From Parvularculales bacterium (GTDB lineage Bacteria; Pseudomonadota; Alphaproteobacteria; JAPOUT01; JBAJNM01): DNA of 64,000 nucleotides. The notes below the pieces were generated by a model. That model searched no databases and was not told the DNA's origin. It was given only the letters and a program-made list of their open reading frames with translations. Made by a program: the position numbers and the translations under genes. The DNA lies in contig JBAJNM010000005.1 in assembly GCA_036881865.1 (NCBI GenBank), positions 3,868 through 67,867 of the forward strand, given 5' to 3'. Positions 9,356 through 18,183 of this stretch are shown one piece after another (within the stretch, counting starts at the first letter, position 1; each line of letters begins with the position of its first letter).

Positions 9356-9927
9356 GCATCTCCCGTGTCTACGTCGGGGGATGTTGGAGAATGGTGTCTT
9401 TCCGGACGTCTTTTTTGTCCGAGAAGCATAATGACGCCTATACCGGCGGTGAATATCACAACCACCTCTCCCAGAGTGTCATAGCCACGGTAACTGGCAA
9501 GGACAGCGGTAACGAGATTGGGTATGGCGATATCGTCAGGTGTGTGGGCAATATAGTCGGCACCTACGTGCAGTTGTGCCGGAGCATTAGGGTCGCCGAA
9601 AGCAGGAATGTCCAGACTACCATAAATCAGAGCAGCCCCCAGAACCGTGACAATCACAAGGGCCGCCAGAGGAAAACGCTGTGGTTGTTTCTCACGGTGA
9701 ACGGTTAGTGCTATGGCGGCGAGCATAAGGATGGTTGAAATGCCGGCTCCCACGGCAGCTTCGGTAAAGGCTACATCGGCAGCGTCCAGCGATAACAACA
9801 ACAAAGCCACCAGCAGACTATACGTGCCGGTAAGCATGGTGACAGTAAACAAATTCCGTGTTCGCACAATCGCAAGGGCGGTGATTAAAAGTAGTGCAAA
9901 AAGGGCAATGTCAATGAGTAGGGGCAT
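9352..9927 (-). CDS. MbhD/DUF4040-like subunit (corresponds to the C-terminal part of MrpA)
   Basis: 191-aa membrane ORF with LDAADVAFTEAAVGAGISTILMLAA and VTAVLASYRGYDTLGEVVVIF patterns seen in the MrpA C-terminus/MbhD-E. It has a 4-nt overlap with mrpB. Confidence 0.65.
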   Translation of the reverse strand: MPLLIDIALFALLLITALAIVRTRNLFTVTMLTGTYSLLVALLLLSLDAADVAFTEAAVGAGISTILMLAAIALTVHREKQPQRFPLAALVIVTVLGAALIYGSLDIPAFGDPNAPAQLHVGADYIAHTPDDIAIPNLVTAVLASYRGYDTLGEVVVIFTAGIGVIMLLGQKRRPERHHSPTSPDVDTGDA

Positions 9928-9931
9928 GAGT

Positions 9932-10273
9932 CTATGAACTACGTTTTGGGCCGGAGGTGTTGTGGGGTTCCGGGCGCAATCCGGTCACATAGGCTGCATT
10001 GGCAATAGCGTGTGCGGCTGTAGGGGAGGTGAAGAATGTAATCAGTCCGATTAGCAGCAGTTTTACGGCATCAAGACTGAAGCCCGCCTGGGTGATAAGA
10101 CCCAGAATAAGGAGTTCTGCGCCGAGGGTATCGGTTATGCCTGCGCCGTGAAGACGGGCATAAAATCCGGGTAGACGAATGAGTCCCAGCGCACCGGTGA
10201 AAATAAAAAAAGCGCCGGCCAACATAAGTCCCCAACCGGCTGCATGCACAAAGAGCAGGAGCATTGAGGTCAT
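9932..10273 (-). CDS. mrpG: MrpG/MnhG subunit
   Basis: 113-aa ORF with GALGLIRLPGFYARLHGAGITDTLGA and TSPTAAHAIANAAY. Confidence 0.85.
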   Translation of the reverse strand: MTSMLLLFVHAAGWGLMLAGAFFIFTGALGLIRLPGFYARLHGAGITDTLGAELLILGLITQAGFSLDAVKLLLIGLITFFTSPTAAHAIANAAYVTGLRPEPHNTSGPKRSS

Positions 10274-10569
10274 CTATCCGCTCCCCATCGTAACGGGCGG
10301 GTTTGTATCCGGCCAAAGCTACGATAGCGAAAAAATTTTAATACGGCTATGGTGCCTATGAAGTTGAGCAGCGTATACATCAAGGCTACATCCAGCAGGA
10401 ACAATCGCTCGGATAAAAACCCCATAACGGCAATTATAAGAACTGTCTTGGTGCCAAATGAGTTGACCGCCAGCACGCGGTCATAGACCGTAGGTCCGGT
10501 GAACAGTCGCACCAGCACAAGGCACATAGCGACCAGTAGAGCAATGGCGGCGGTAATCATCATAGTCAT
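10270..10569 (-). CDS. mrpF: MrpF/MnhF subunit
   Basis: 99-aa three-TM ORF with GPTVYDRVLAVNSFGTKTVLII. Confidence 0.8.
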   Translation of the reverse strand: MTMMITAAIALLVAMCLVLVRLFTGPTVYDRVLAVNSFGTKTVLIIAVMGFLSERLFLLDVALMYTLLNFIGTIAVLKFFRYRSFGRIQTRPLRWGADR

Positions 10570-11057
10570 GATGCATGCGAGCCTTCAAAAAGTGTGACTT
10601 TTTGGTCCATGGCAGAGAGAGCCGCTTCATCGGCGGCTTCGTCTGTGAGAGCGTGAACCAGCAGAGTGTTTTCTTCTACTTCGACGGTTATGGTGCCGGG
10701 GGTCAGGGTTATGGAGTTGGCCAGAATGACTCTGCCCAAATCAGTTTTCTGGGATGCTTTGACGCGTATGATACGTTGGTTGGTTTTGATGGTTGGCGAG
10801 AGAATGATCCGGCTTACGGCAATGTTGGCTTTGAATATTTCATTGAGTAGCCATGGCCAGTAGAAAAAGCTGCGTCTGAGGAGGTGCAGAGGCCATCCTT
10901 CGCGGTCTAATGTTTTCATGCGTCCCGCTACGATGGTAACCAAAATGCTGGAGCCAAGACCAAGGCCGATAAAGAGCGGCGTGAACATACCCGATAGCAA
11001 TAACCATAAACCGAATAGCGCAAGGCAAAGGGATAGGCTGTGGATTACGGATTTCAT
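10566..11057 (-). CDS. mrpE: MrpE/MnhE subunit
   Basis: 163-aa ORF with ANIAVSRIIL...LANSITLTPGTITVEVEENTLLVHAL. It is the first gene of the array. Confidence 0.85.
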   Translation of the reverse strand: MKSVIHSLSLCLALFGLWLLLSGMFTPLFIGLGLGSSILVTIVAGRMKTLDREGWPLHLLRRSFFYWPWLLNEIFKANIAVSRIILSPTIKTNQRIIRVKASQKTDLGRVILANSITLTPGTITVEVEENTLLVHALTDEAADEAALSAMDQKVTLFEGSHAS

Positions 11058-11175
11058 GAGTTGGGTATTATTTTTATGCTACATCAGTAATTGGGGGATA
11101 ATAAGAGAGCCGGACGATAGAGTAAACAAGCGATAGGATTAAAGAGAGATGCTAACCCTTGCGTGTGATATGTCC

Positions 11176-12126
11176 TCAGTGTGGCAGAATTGTGTAAGCA
11201 CTGGCGGGAAGTGGTTTTTGAATAAGGCCTTGTTTGGCTAGAAAGATAGCAAAATGTTCGTAGCGTTTTGTGTCGATGGCGGCGGGTCTGAGCGCTAAGC
11301 GGGGTAGAGTATCACGCCACGCCCGACGGTTGAGTTCATCATCGAGTTCCGGTTTCAGGTTGGAGAATAGCTCCCAACTTTCCTCCGGATGATTAATGGT
11401 ATAGAGCACGCCACGTTCCAGAGCACGCACAAAGGCGCTCATAGCCGGTTGGTTTACCTTATCGGTATGAGCTACCACAATAAGTTCGTCATAGACTGGC
11501 ACACCTTCTTCTTCAACATAGAAAGCGCGTCCTGAGGCATTGTTGAGGGCGAGCTGGTTGAGTTCGAAATTACGGAAGGCTCCAATCACGGCACTTACTT
11601 GTCCGGATAATAAAGCGGGCGTTAGAGAGAAATTGACGTTAACCAGTTCAATGTCATCCAGAGAAAGCCCGTGGCGCTCTAGCATGGCACGCAGGAGAGC
11701 ATCTTCAAACCCACCGACGGAAAAACCCACTTTTCTTCCGGACAGGTCGGCAATGGATTGCACCGGCCCATCATCCAACACCACCAGAGCATTTAAGGGT
11801 GTTGCTACAAGAGTGGCAATACGCTTAAGGGGTAATCCGGCATCTACATGCAGATGTAACTGTGGCTGATAAGAAATGGCAAGGTCCATGCGTCCTGCGG
11901 CCACAAGTTTAGGGGGGTCATTGGGGTTTGCCGGCTCAATAATTTCTACGTCCAGACCTTCGTCGGCAAAGAACCCTTTTTGTTGAGCAATAATAATAGG
12001 CGCATGGTCAGGGTTGATAAACCAGTCTAATGCCAAAGTTATTTTTTCAGCACTCGTGGCGGGGGTGGGTGCGCTTACTAAGAGCGCTACAAGGGCGGAG
12101 GTTATAAGACGCATAGGTGAAAGCAT
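11176..12126 (-). CDS. ABC transporter substrate-binding protein, NMT1/THI5-like (nitrate/sulfonate/pyrimidine-precursor family)
   Basis: The track ORF is 11176..12168. I prefer ATG at 12126 (MLSPMRLITSALVALLVSAPTPATSA signal peptide), which overlaps the permease stop as TAATG. LALDWFINPDHAPIIIAQQKGFF is typical of the family. Confidence 0.8.
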   Translation of the reverse strand: MLSPMRLITSALVALLVSAPTPATSAEKITLALDWFINPDHAPIIIAQQKGFFADEGLDVEIIEPANPNDPPKLVAAGRMDLAISYQPQLHLHVDAGLPLKRIATLVATPLNALVVLDDGPVQSIADLSGRKVGFSVGGFEDALLRAMLERHGLSLDDIELVNVNFSLTPALLSGQVSAVIGAFRNFELNQLALNNASGRAFYVEEEGVPVYDELIVVAHTDKVNQPAMSAFVRALERGVLYTINHPEESWELFSNLKPELDDELNRRAWRDTLPRLALRPAAIDTKRYEHFAIFLAKQGLIQKPLPASAYTILPH

Positions 12127-12914
12127 TATAATATGTCTTCCTGAAGTTTCAGTGTATCGGCTTGCCATGGTAACGCCCGACGCAAAACTATATCAACGAG
12201 GCTATACAACCCGACGGCCATGACCACAAGACTAAGCAAAGCAGCAAACATAACATCTGCTTGCGCGCGACCGCTGGCATGGAGCATCATATAGCCGAGA
12301 CCGGCGCTTGAACCAACCCATTCACCGACTACAGCGCCGATGGGTGCAACGGCGGTAGCGACCCTCAGCCCGGAAGCCATGGGGGGTAGAGCGGCGGGAA
12401 TGCGTATAAACCATAAAATCCGCTGAAGCCGGAAACGCTGACCACCGGTCATAACATGCGCCATATCCAGCCATCCGGTTTCCGTGCGCCGCAGGCCGTC
12501 ATAAAAGGATGCTGCAACGGGGAAAAAGATGATCAAAACTGCCATGGCGATTTTAGAGGCCATGCCATAGCCCAACCACAGCACCAACACGGGTGCCAGT
12601 GCAAAAACCGGTATGGCCTGACTGATAACAAGTAGCGGTAAGAGCCATCGACGGGCGCTACGCAGGCTAATCATGACGAGAGCGCACAGCAATCCGAGCA
12701 GGCTACCAAGGATAAGGCCGGAAATGATTTCCACGGCGGTGATTCCGGCGTTTTCCAGCAAGCCGGAGCGATACACCCACCAGGCGCGGACCACAGACAG
12801 AGGTGAGGGGAGAATATAGGGCGGGGCGTCCGTGAGGTACACAATCAGAGCCCACAAACCGAGCAGCCCACCGGTGAGAATGGTAAGGCGAATAAAGAGG
12901 GTGGCCGGTTTCAT
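12126..12914 (-). CDS. ABC transporter permease (NitT/TauT family)
   Basis: 262-aa ORF with six TM segments and an EAA-like loop. It has a 4-nt overlap with the ATPase gene. Confidence 0.85.
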   Translation of the reverse strand: MKPATLFIRLTILTGGLLGLWALIVYLTDAPPYILPSPLSVVRAWWVYRSGLLENAGITAVEIISGLILGSLLGLLCALVMISLRSARRWLLPLLVISQAIPVFALAPVLVLWLGYGMASKIAMAVLIIFFPVAASFYDGLRRTETGWLDMAHVMTGGQRFRLQRILWFIRIPAALPPMASGLRVATAVAPIGAVVGEWVGSSAGLGYMMLHASGRAQADVMFAALLSLVVMAVGLYSLVDIVLRRALPWQADTLKLQEDIL

Positions 12915-13693
12915 GAAGTGCTTGTCATTGTTGGTGGAGAGGATAGTTGGTTCATGAGGTCGCTATGGGCTGTCCGGAGAGCAGCGAGGTTAAGATCGCG
13001 AGGAGGTGGTTTACCGGGCACCGGATAGTAAACAAGATGCGCCGGTGTGCCCACCATGACGTAAATTTGATGGGCTGCCCGCAAAGCCTCCAGAGGATCG
13101 TGAGTGATCAGTAACACGGTGCGATCTGCCAACAAAGAAAGGGTGAGTTCCTGAAGATGCTGCCGGGTTACCGCATCAAGAGATGAAAACGGTTCATCCA
13201 TGAGAACAATAGGCTGGTCTTCATAAAGTGTACGCGCCAGCATGACCCGTTGACGCATACCGCCGGAGAGTTTTTCCGGTCTGTCATAAGCGCACTCCAA
13301 CAATCCCACAGCATCAAGCAAAGCGCGTGCACGGTCTGCGTCAACACGTTCCGCACGTAGTCGTGCACCAATAACAACATTGTCCAGAACGCTGGCCCAC
13401 GGCAATAGGAGATCACGCTGGTCCATAAGAGCAATGTGACCTGTAGCAGGAGTGTTGTCTCCCTGAGTGACAATACCATCATATATCATGGCAGAGCGGG
13501 GCGGTGGTGTGAGGCCGGCCAACAATCTCAACAGGCTTGATTTTCCAACCCCGCTACGGCCAAGCAAAGCCGTTAAGCGGCGGGCAGGTAGACTTAAGGA
13601 GAGGTTATGAAACAGGCAGGCTTCTTTTTTACGTATCCCGTGACGCACCGTTCCTGCGGTTAGGTTTAATCCTGATGAGTCAATCCCGATCAT
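12911..13693 (-). CDS. ABC transporter ATP-binding protein
   Basis: 260-aa ORF. Walker A is GRSGVGKSS, the signature is LSGGMRQR, and Walker B is IVLMDEPFS. Confidence 0.9.
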   Translation of the reverse strand: MIGIDSSGLNLTAGTVRHGIRKKEACLFHNLSLSLPARRLTALLGRSGVGKSSLLRLLAGLTPPPRSAMIYDGIVTQGDNTPATGHIALMDQRDLLLPWASVLDNVVIGARLRAERVDADRARALLDAVGLLECAYDRPEKLSGGMRQRVMLARTLYEDQPIVLMDEPFSSLDAVTRQHLQELTLSLLADRTVLLITHDPLEALRAAHQIYVMVGTPAHLVYYPVPGKPPPRDLNLAALRTAHSDLMNQLSSPPTMTSTS

Positions 13694-13741
13694 GGATTTA
13701 TGGTATCATGGAGAACAAATGACATATAGCCGTATGACCAA

Positions 13742-14227
13742 ATGACCAACTCCGGAAAAGATGATGTCGCACCTGATGACAATGTGCCGGAGGGTTATCG
13801 TTTAAGCACCACACGGGGGCCATATACGTCTCATAATGGTCCTTTTTATCATAAGACGGTGGGAAATGATTTTTGGCATGGGGTGCGTATATTGCCACGT
13901 CATTGTAATTCGCGGGGGATTGCCCATGGAGGCATGTTGATGACGTTTGCCGATGGATTGTTGGGTACGTGTGTATGGCGGGAGACGGGTTTGGCGGGGT
14001 TGACTATGCGCTTGACGTCGGATTTTTTAGCTCCCGTTCGTCGGGGGGAGTGGCTGGAGGGGACCGCCTGGGTTATACATGCAAAGCCATCGGCGGTGTT
14101 TTGTAAGTCGCATCTTTTTATTGATAAACGGGTCGTGCTAACCGCAGATGCTGTTTTTAGACCTATGGTGCGACATAAAGTCCATAAGCCTGTGAAGGAA
14201 TCGGCTATGGTGGAAGGTAAGACTTGA
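13742..14227 (+). CDS. PaaI-family hotdog-fold thioesterase
   Basis: 161-aa ORF with NSRGIAHGGMLMTFADGLLG, the PaaI/4HBT pattern. Confidence 0.75.
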   Translation: MTNSGKDDVAPDDNVPEGYRLSTTRGPYTSHNGPFYHKTVGNDFWHGVRILPRHCNSRGIAHGGMLMTFADGLLGTCVWRETGLAGLTMRLTSDFLAPVRRGEWLEGTAWVIHAKPSAVFCKSHLFIDKRVVLTADAVFRPMVRHKVHKPVKESAMVEGKT

Positions 14228-14278
14228 TGCTACCTTGACGGTACATTGTCTGCAATCATAACAAAATATGTTAATAGA

Positions 14279-14355
<77 letters not shown>

Positions 14356-14445
14356 TAGTTATGAGTTGGTTTGTTTGTGGATAATTAAAGGTCTTAATAT
14401 ACGATCGTGCCCAAAATCTAGAATTCCCCTCAACCCTTCCTTTGG

Positions 14446-15318
14446 ATGTCAATGACTATGAAAAAGAGCGGAGTGGAGGGACATCGTTTTGGATTAATTT
14501 TTTTCATCATCGTGAGTGTTGTTATTGCGGGTGGTTTTGTCGGCACTGATAGTTTTTTTGCACCCAGATCATATCTCTGGCCCTATTGGGAGGCGCATAA
14601 TCCGGCTAACCAGGTAGCTATTGATCATGAAACGTGGAATAGGTTATTGGCCCGCTATCTCGCGGAGGATGAGGGTGGCATTGCGCGGTTCGATTACGGG
14701 GCGGTGACGGAAGCCGACAGGCACTCTCTGGATGAACAGATAAGCGCATGGGCCGAACTATCCATTTCTGATTACAGGCGTGACCAGCAGCTGGCCTACT
14801 GGATAAATTTATACAATGCGCTAACTGTTGCAGTGGTATTAGATCATTATCCGGTGGCTTCTATTAAGGATATAGACATATCGCCCGGTCTGTTTGCGTC
14901 GGGTCCGTGGGATGGTGAGGTAGTGACGGTGGAAAGCAAGGCACTTACGTTGAATGATATTGAGCATCGGATCTTGCGTCCGGTGTGGCGGGATGCACGT
15001 ATTCATTACGCTGTGAATTGCGCCTCTGTCGGGTGCCCTAATTTAGCGTCTGTATCGTATACGGTGAAGAATATAGAGGTTATGCTTGATGAAGCGGCGC
15101 GGGCTTATATTAACCATCCTCGTGGCATTAGTGTGACGGGAGACGAAATAAACGTATCAAGGATTTACTCTTGGTATGTAGATGATTTTGGCGGGGATGC
15201 GGCGGGTGTCCTGTCTCATGTGCGAAAGTATGCATCGCCTGCATTGTTTGAGAGTCTTAAAGGGCTTGATATGATTGACGGTGTTCATTATGACTGGGCT
15301 CTGAATGATGCCAAATAG
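14446..15318 (+). CDS. DUF547 domain protein
   Basis: 290-aa ORF with AYWINLYNALTVAVVL...LTLNDIEHRILRP...DARIHYAVNCASVGCPNL, which matches my recollection of the DUF547 consensus. It has an N-terminal TM. Confidence 0.75.
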   Translation: MSMTMKKSGVEGHRFGLIFFIIVSVVIAGGFVGTDSFFAPRSYLWPYWEAHNPANQVAIDHETWNRLLARYLAEDEGGIARFDYGAVTEADRHSLDEQISAWAELSISDYRRDQQLAYWINLYNALTVAVVLDHYPVASIKDIDISPGLFASGPWDGEVVTVESKALTLNDIEHRILRPVWRDARIHYAVNCASVGCPNLASVSYTVKNIEVMLDEAARAYINHPRGISVTGDEINVSRIYSWYVDDFGGDAAGVLSHVRKYASPALFESLKGLDMIDGVHYDWALNDAK

Positions 15319-15338
15319 GAGACCCCATAGGAACCGTC

Positions 15339-15650
15339 ATGACTAAGAAAGCACGTATTTACCGTCCGGCGCGGACGGCGATGCAGTCCGGCAGAGCTAG
15401 GACACGCCAATGGGTGCTGGAATATGAACCGGCCGGACAGCGATTTACGGAGCCGCTTATGGGTTGGACAGGCTCCGCTGATATGAACAGTCAAATTGTG
15501 CTTCGTTTTGACACCCTTGATGAGGCCATAGCTTATGTACGGCATCATGATTTGCCTTATCAGGTTTATGAACCTCCTGCTGAACGGCGGGGAATTAAGT
15601 CTTATGCGGATAATTTCAACCCCGCCCGCCGTGAACCCTGGACTCATTAA
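15339..15650 (+). CDS. ETC complex I subunit conserved-region protein (NDUFS4-like)
   Basis: 103-aa ORF with ARIYRPARTAMQSGRA...WVLEYEP...PLMGWTGSADM...LRFDTLDEAIAY. Confidence 0.85.
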   Translation: MTKKARIYRPARTAMQSGRARTRQWVLEYEPAGQRFTEPLMGWTGSADMNSQIVLRFDTLDEAIAYVRHHDLPYQVYEPPAERRGIKSYADNFNPARREPWTH

Positions 15651-15708
15651 TAGTTTTTTGAGAGCGTTTCCTGCTTGAAAAAGTGATATGGTTTATACTG
15701 GGGTCTAT

Positions 15709-15785
15709 GGCCCCGTAGCTCAGCTGGATAGAGCAAGTGACTTCTAATCACTAGGTCGCACGTTCGAATCGTGCCGGGGTCACCA
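15709..15785 (+). tRNA. tRNA-Arg (anticodon TCT)
   Basis: Cloverleaf with acceptor ggccccg/cggggtc, anticodon stem agtga/tcact with loop cttctaa, T arm gcacg-ttcgaat-cgtgc, encoded CCA. Confidence 0.95.
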
Positions 15786-15820
15786 TCTCTGTCGAACCTC
15801 TAGAAGCAAGGAAATTAAAA

Positions 15821-16489
15821 GTGATGTGGTCGCATAGAAAAACCGGACTCCTTTTTTATACAGCATTCCGACAACTGATTTTTGCCGTTGTGTTGGTTGG
15901 TTTGGCAACAAGCCAAAGCCCTGTTTTGGCAGTCAATGAGGCCGCCGGTGACGCTGCTGATATAGCGAGCGAGGCAAAAGGTGAAGACCTTTACAAACGG
16001 GGTTTTTATGAAGAAGCCCTTGACGTTTGGACACAAGCTGCGGCTGTGGGTGATGCAGGGGCGGCCTTCAGGCTGGGTGAAGAATATCTGGATGCCAAAG
16101 TGGTAGAGCGTGACATGCGGGCGTCCCTCCGTTACCTGAAACTGGGTGCGGAAGGGGGCGATGCCCGCGCTCAACAAGACCTTGCTACTTTTTATGATAA
16201 TGGATGGCTCGTGCGTAGAGATTGGAAGCGTGCGGCAGAACTCTATAAAGCGGCGGCTGATCAGGGGATAGCCTCGTCGCAACATAATATCGGCGTGATG
16301 TACCGGGAGGGGCATGGGGTCTCACAGGATTTGGTAAGGGCGTATAAATATTTTCTGCTGGCCGTGCGCAACGGGTTTGCACGTTTTGCCACCGCCGAAC
16401 TGGAGCAAATCTTACCCTTAATGTCGCCGGCACAAATTAAAAAGGCCACCCGCTTAGCTGATGAGGCACAGCAACAACAAGGGCAGTGA
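15821..16489 (+). CDS. Sel1-repeat (SLR/TPR-like) protein with a signal peptide
   Basis: 222-aa ORF with repeated A..yL..gA..GdA.AQ..La..Y..G units. Confidence 0.8.
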   Translation: MMWSHRKTGLLFYTAFRQLIFAVVLVGLATSQSPVLAVNEAAGDAADIASEAKGEDLYKRGFYEEALDVWTQAAAVGDAGAAFRLGEEYLDAKVVERDMRASLRYLKLGAEGGDARAQQDLATFYDNGWLVRRDWKRAAELYKAAADQGIASSQHNIGVMYREGHGVSQDLVRAYKYFLLAVRNGFARFATAELEQILPLMSPAQIKKATRLADEAQQQQGQ

Positions 16490-17831
16490 ACCCGGAGTCG
16501 TGAAATCAATAAAAGAGTCAACGCCGTCTGTATGGTGTAATTGGTCCGGCAGTGTACAGGGTCGACCGCGTGTGCGGTTGCATCCGGCAGGGGAGGGTGA
16601 CCTCGCTCAAAATATCATCCGCGCACCGGCACCGGTCCGGGTTGCGGGTAGTGGTCACTCTTTTACTCCTCTCAATGAAACGGAGGGCAGCCTTATATCT
16701 TTGGAGAATATGGCGGGGGTCGTCTCCCATGACGAAAAAACGGCGCAAGCGACAATTACTCCCGGCATTACTCTCCATGATTTAGGGCCGGCTCTTTTTG
16801 AGCGCGGTCTGGGGTTGGTGAATCAAGGCGATATTGATGCCCAAACTCTTGCCGGTGCTGTTGGTACCGGCACTCATGGTACGGGGAAGACGTTGGGCAG
16901 TCTGTCATCTGCGGTGACGGGGTTTCGGTTGGTCACAGCGGAAGGGGACGTTTTATCCTGCTCGGAAGATGAAAACAAAGATGTGTTTGATGCGGGCCGC
17001 GTGTCTTTTGGCACTCTCGGTGTTATGAGCGCCATCACCATGCAATGCCATCCGGCTTATGGTCTTAAAGAAACCGTCGGGCGGTTGTCTTTTGAGGCAA
17101 CATGCGCCGCTCTGGATGAATTTTGCCAAACATATCGTCATTTTGAATTTTTCTGGTTTCCTTTTTCTGATGAAGTCATCCTGAAAACGCTGGAAAAAAC
17201 TGATGAAACACCCCGTTTGGTGGCAAAACCTGCCTCTCCTGACAGAGATAGTTATGATAACAAAATCATTCGCTGGTGTTGTGAAATATCCCGTTCATTG
17301 CCGTGGTTGCGGGGGCCGTTGCAGCGCTTTTTAACACGGGCTGGAGCTAAATACTATATGATGAAGGGGGTGAATCCTTCTCGTACGCGCTGGTCTCATC
17401 AGGCTTTTCCCAGCCCCCGCACCGTTCGGTTTAACGAGATGGAATACGCCGTTCCCGCCGCCGCCGGCCCTGAGTGCGTTCGGGAAGTCGGTGAGGTTAT
17501 GAAGCGGTCCGGGCACAATTTTATGTTTCCCATTGAATACCGCACCATCGCTGCTGACAATATTTGGCTTAGCCCGTTTTATAAGCGCGATAGTGTTTCT
17601 ATTTCTATTCACCAATATGCCCGTGATCCATGGCGTGAATTATTTGCTGAGGCGGAAGCTGTCTTTCGGCGCTATGAAGGGCGGCCTCACTGGGGCAAAC
17701 TCCACACTCTAACAGCTAAAAAAGCGGCAAACCTTTATCCCCGCTGGGAGGACTTTCGTGCCGTGCGGCAACGCCTTGACCCTAAGGGGCATCTGCTAAA
17801 CACATATCTTAAAACTTTGTTTGCAGCTTAG
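16461..17831 (+). CDS. FAD-binding oxidoreductase, aldonolactone (D-arabinono-1,4-lactone/L-gulonolactone) oxidase family
   Basis: 456-aa ORF with VRVAGSGHSFTPL (FAD_binding_4) and a C-terminal GRPHWGKLH (ALO domain). The start is uncertain (ATG 16461 or GTG 16500). Confidence 0.8.
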   Translation: MRHSNNKGSEPGVVKSIKESTPSVWCNWSGSVQGRPRVRLHPAGEGDLAQNIIRAPAPVRVAGSGHSFTPLNETEGSLISLENMAGVVSHDEKTAQATITPGITLHDLGPALFERGLGLVNQGDIDAQTLAGAVGTGTHGTGKTLGSLSSAVTGFRLVTAEGDVLSCSEDENKDVFDAGRVSFGTLGVMSAITMQCHPAYGLKETVGRLSFEATCAALDEFCQTYRHFEFFWFPFSDEVILKTLEKTDETPRLVAKPASPDRDSYDNKIIRWCCEISRSLPWLRGPLQRFLTRAGAKYYMMKGVNPSRTRWSHQAFPSPRTVRFNEMEYAVPAAAGPECVREVGEVMKRSGHNFMFPIEYRTIAADNIWLSPFYKRDSVSISIHQYARDPWRELFAEAEAVFRRYEGRPHWGKLHTLTAKKAANLYPRWEDFRAVRQRLDPKGHLLNTYLKTLFAA

Positions 17832-18052
17832 CCGGTTTCCATAACGGCAAGGGTCTGGTTTTCGCTTACCAGTTCTTCTTCAGAAACTAAAATCTCAACG
17901 ATAGACCCTGCGGCAGGGGCTGCAACAGGGATTTCCATTTTCATCGACTCCAGAATAATAACAGGGTCGTCCTGTTCTACAGGATCACCGGACTTGACTT
18001 TGATTTGCCACACTTTGCCGGCAATTTCAGAAACAATATCAACCCGCGCCAT
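17828..18052 (-). CDS. stand-alone biotinyl/lipoyl carrier domain protein
   Basis: 74-aa ORF with the ESMKME biotinylation motif and GGAGG 8 nt upstream of the ATG. Its stop overlaps the convergent oxidase stop (CTTAG). Confidence 0.85.
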   Translation of the reverse strand: MARVDIVSEIAGKVWQIKVKSGDPVEQDDPVIILESMKMEIPVAAPAAGSIVEILVSEEELVSENQTLAVMETG

Positions 18053-18097
18053 ATTCGATCCTCCACTTGTTTACTGTTGGGAATAATTATTGACAAT

Positions 18098-18183
18098 CAT
18101 GATGCCCGATGCCGCGCCTTATCGCAAATCCATTAGCCCACAGATTGTAATCGTTCATGCTGATTTGCATGATTTAGATTTCT
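18098..18183 (-). repeat. copy 1 of a duplicated segment: decayed relic of a metC-type 3' end plus a conserved downstream element
   Basis: By hand alignment, 18098-18157 matches 26923-26982 at 52 of 60 positions. The minus-strand reading NLNHANQHERLQSVG* parallels the metC C-terminus DLIHDLEAGFERLRSVD*. Confidence 0.75.
18099..18127 (-). promoter_or_regulatory. promoter-like element TTGCGA-N17-CATCAT upstream of the biotin-carrier gene (conserved core of the repeat)
   Basis: The minus strand reads TTGCGATAAGGCGCGGCATCGGGCATCAT. The same hexamers and 17-nt spacer recur at 26924-26952, at the same distance (about 47 nt) from the downstream ATG. Confidence 0.3.

Noticed and set aside
13694-13741. 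Possible THI-box riboswitch upstream of the NMT1/THI5-type ABC importer
   Set aside because: Only about 48 nt of intergenic sequence is available, too short for a TPP riboswitch, and I saw no CUGAGA-type core.
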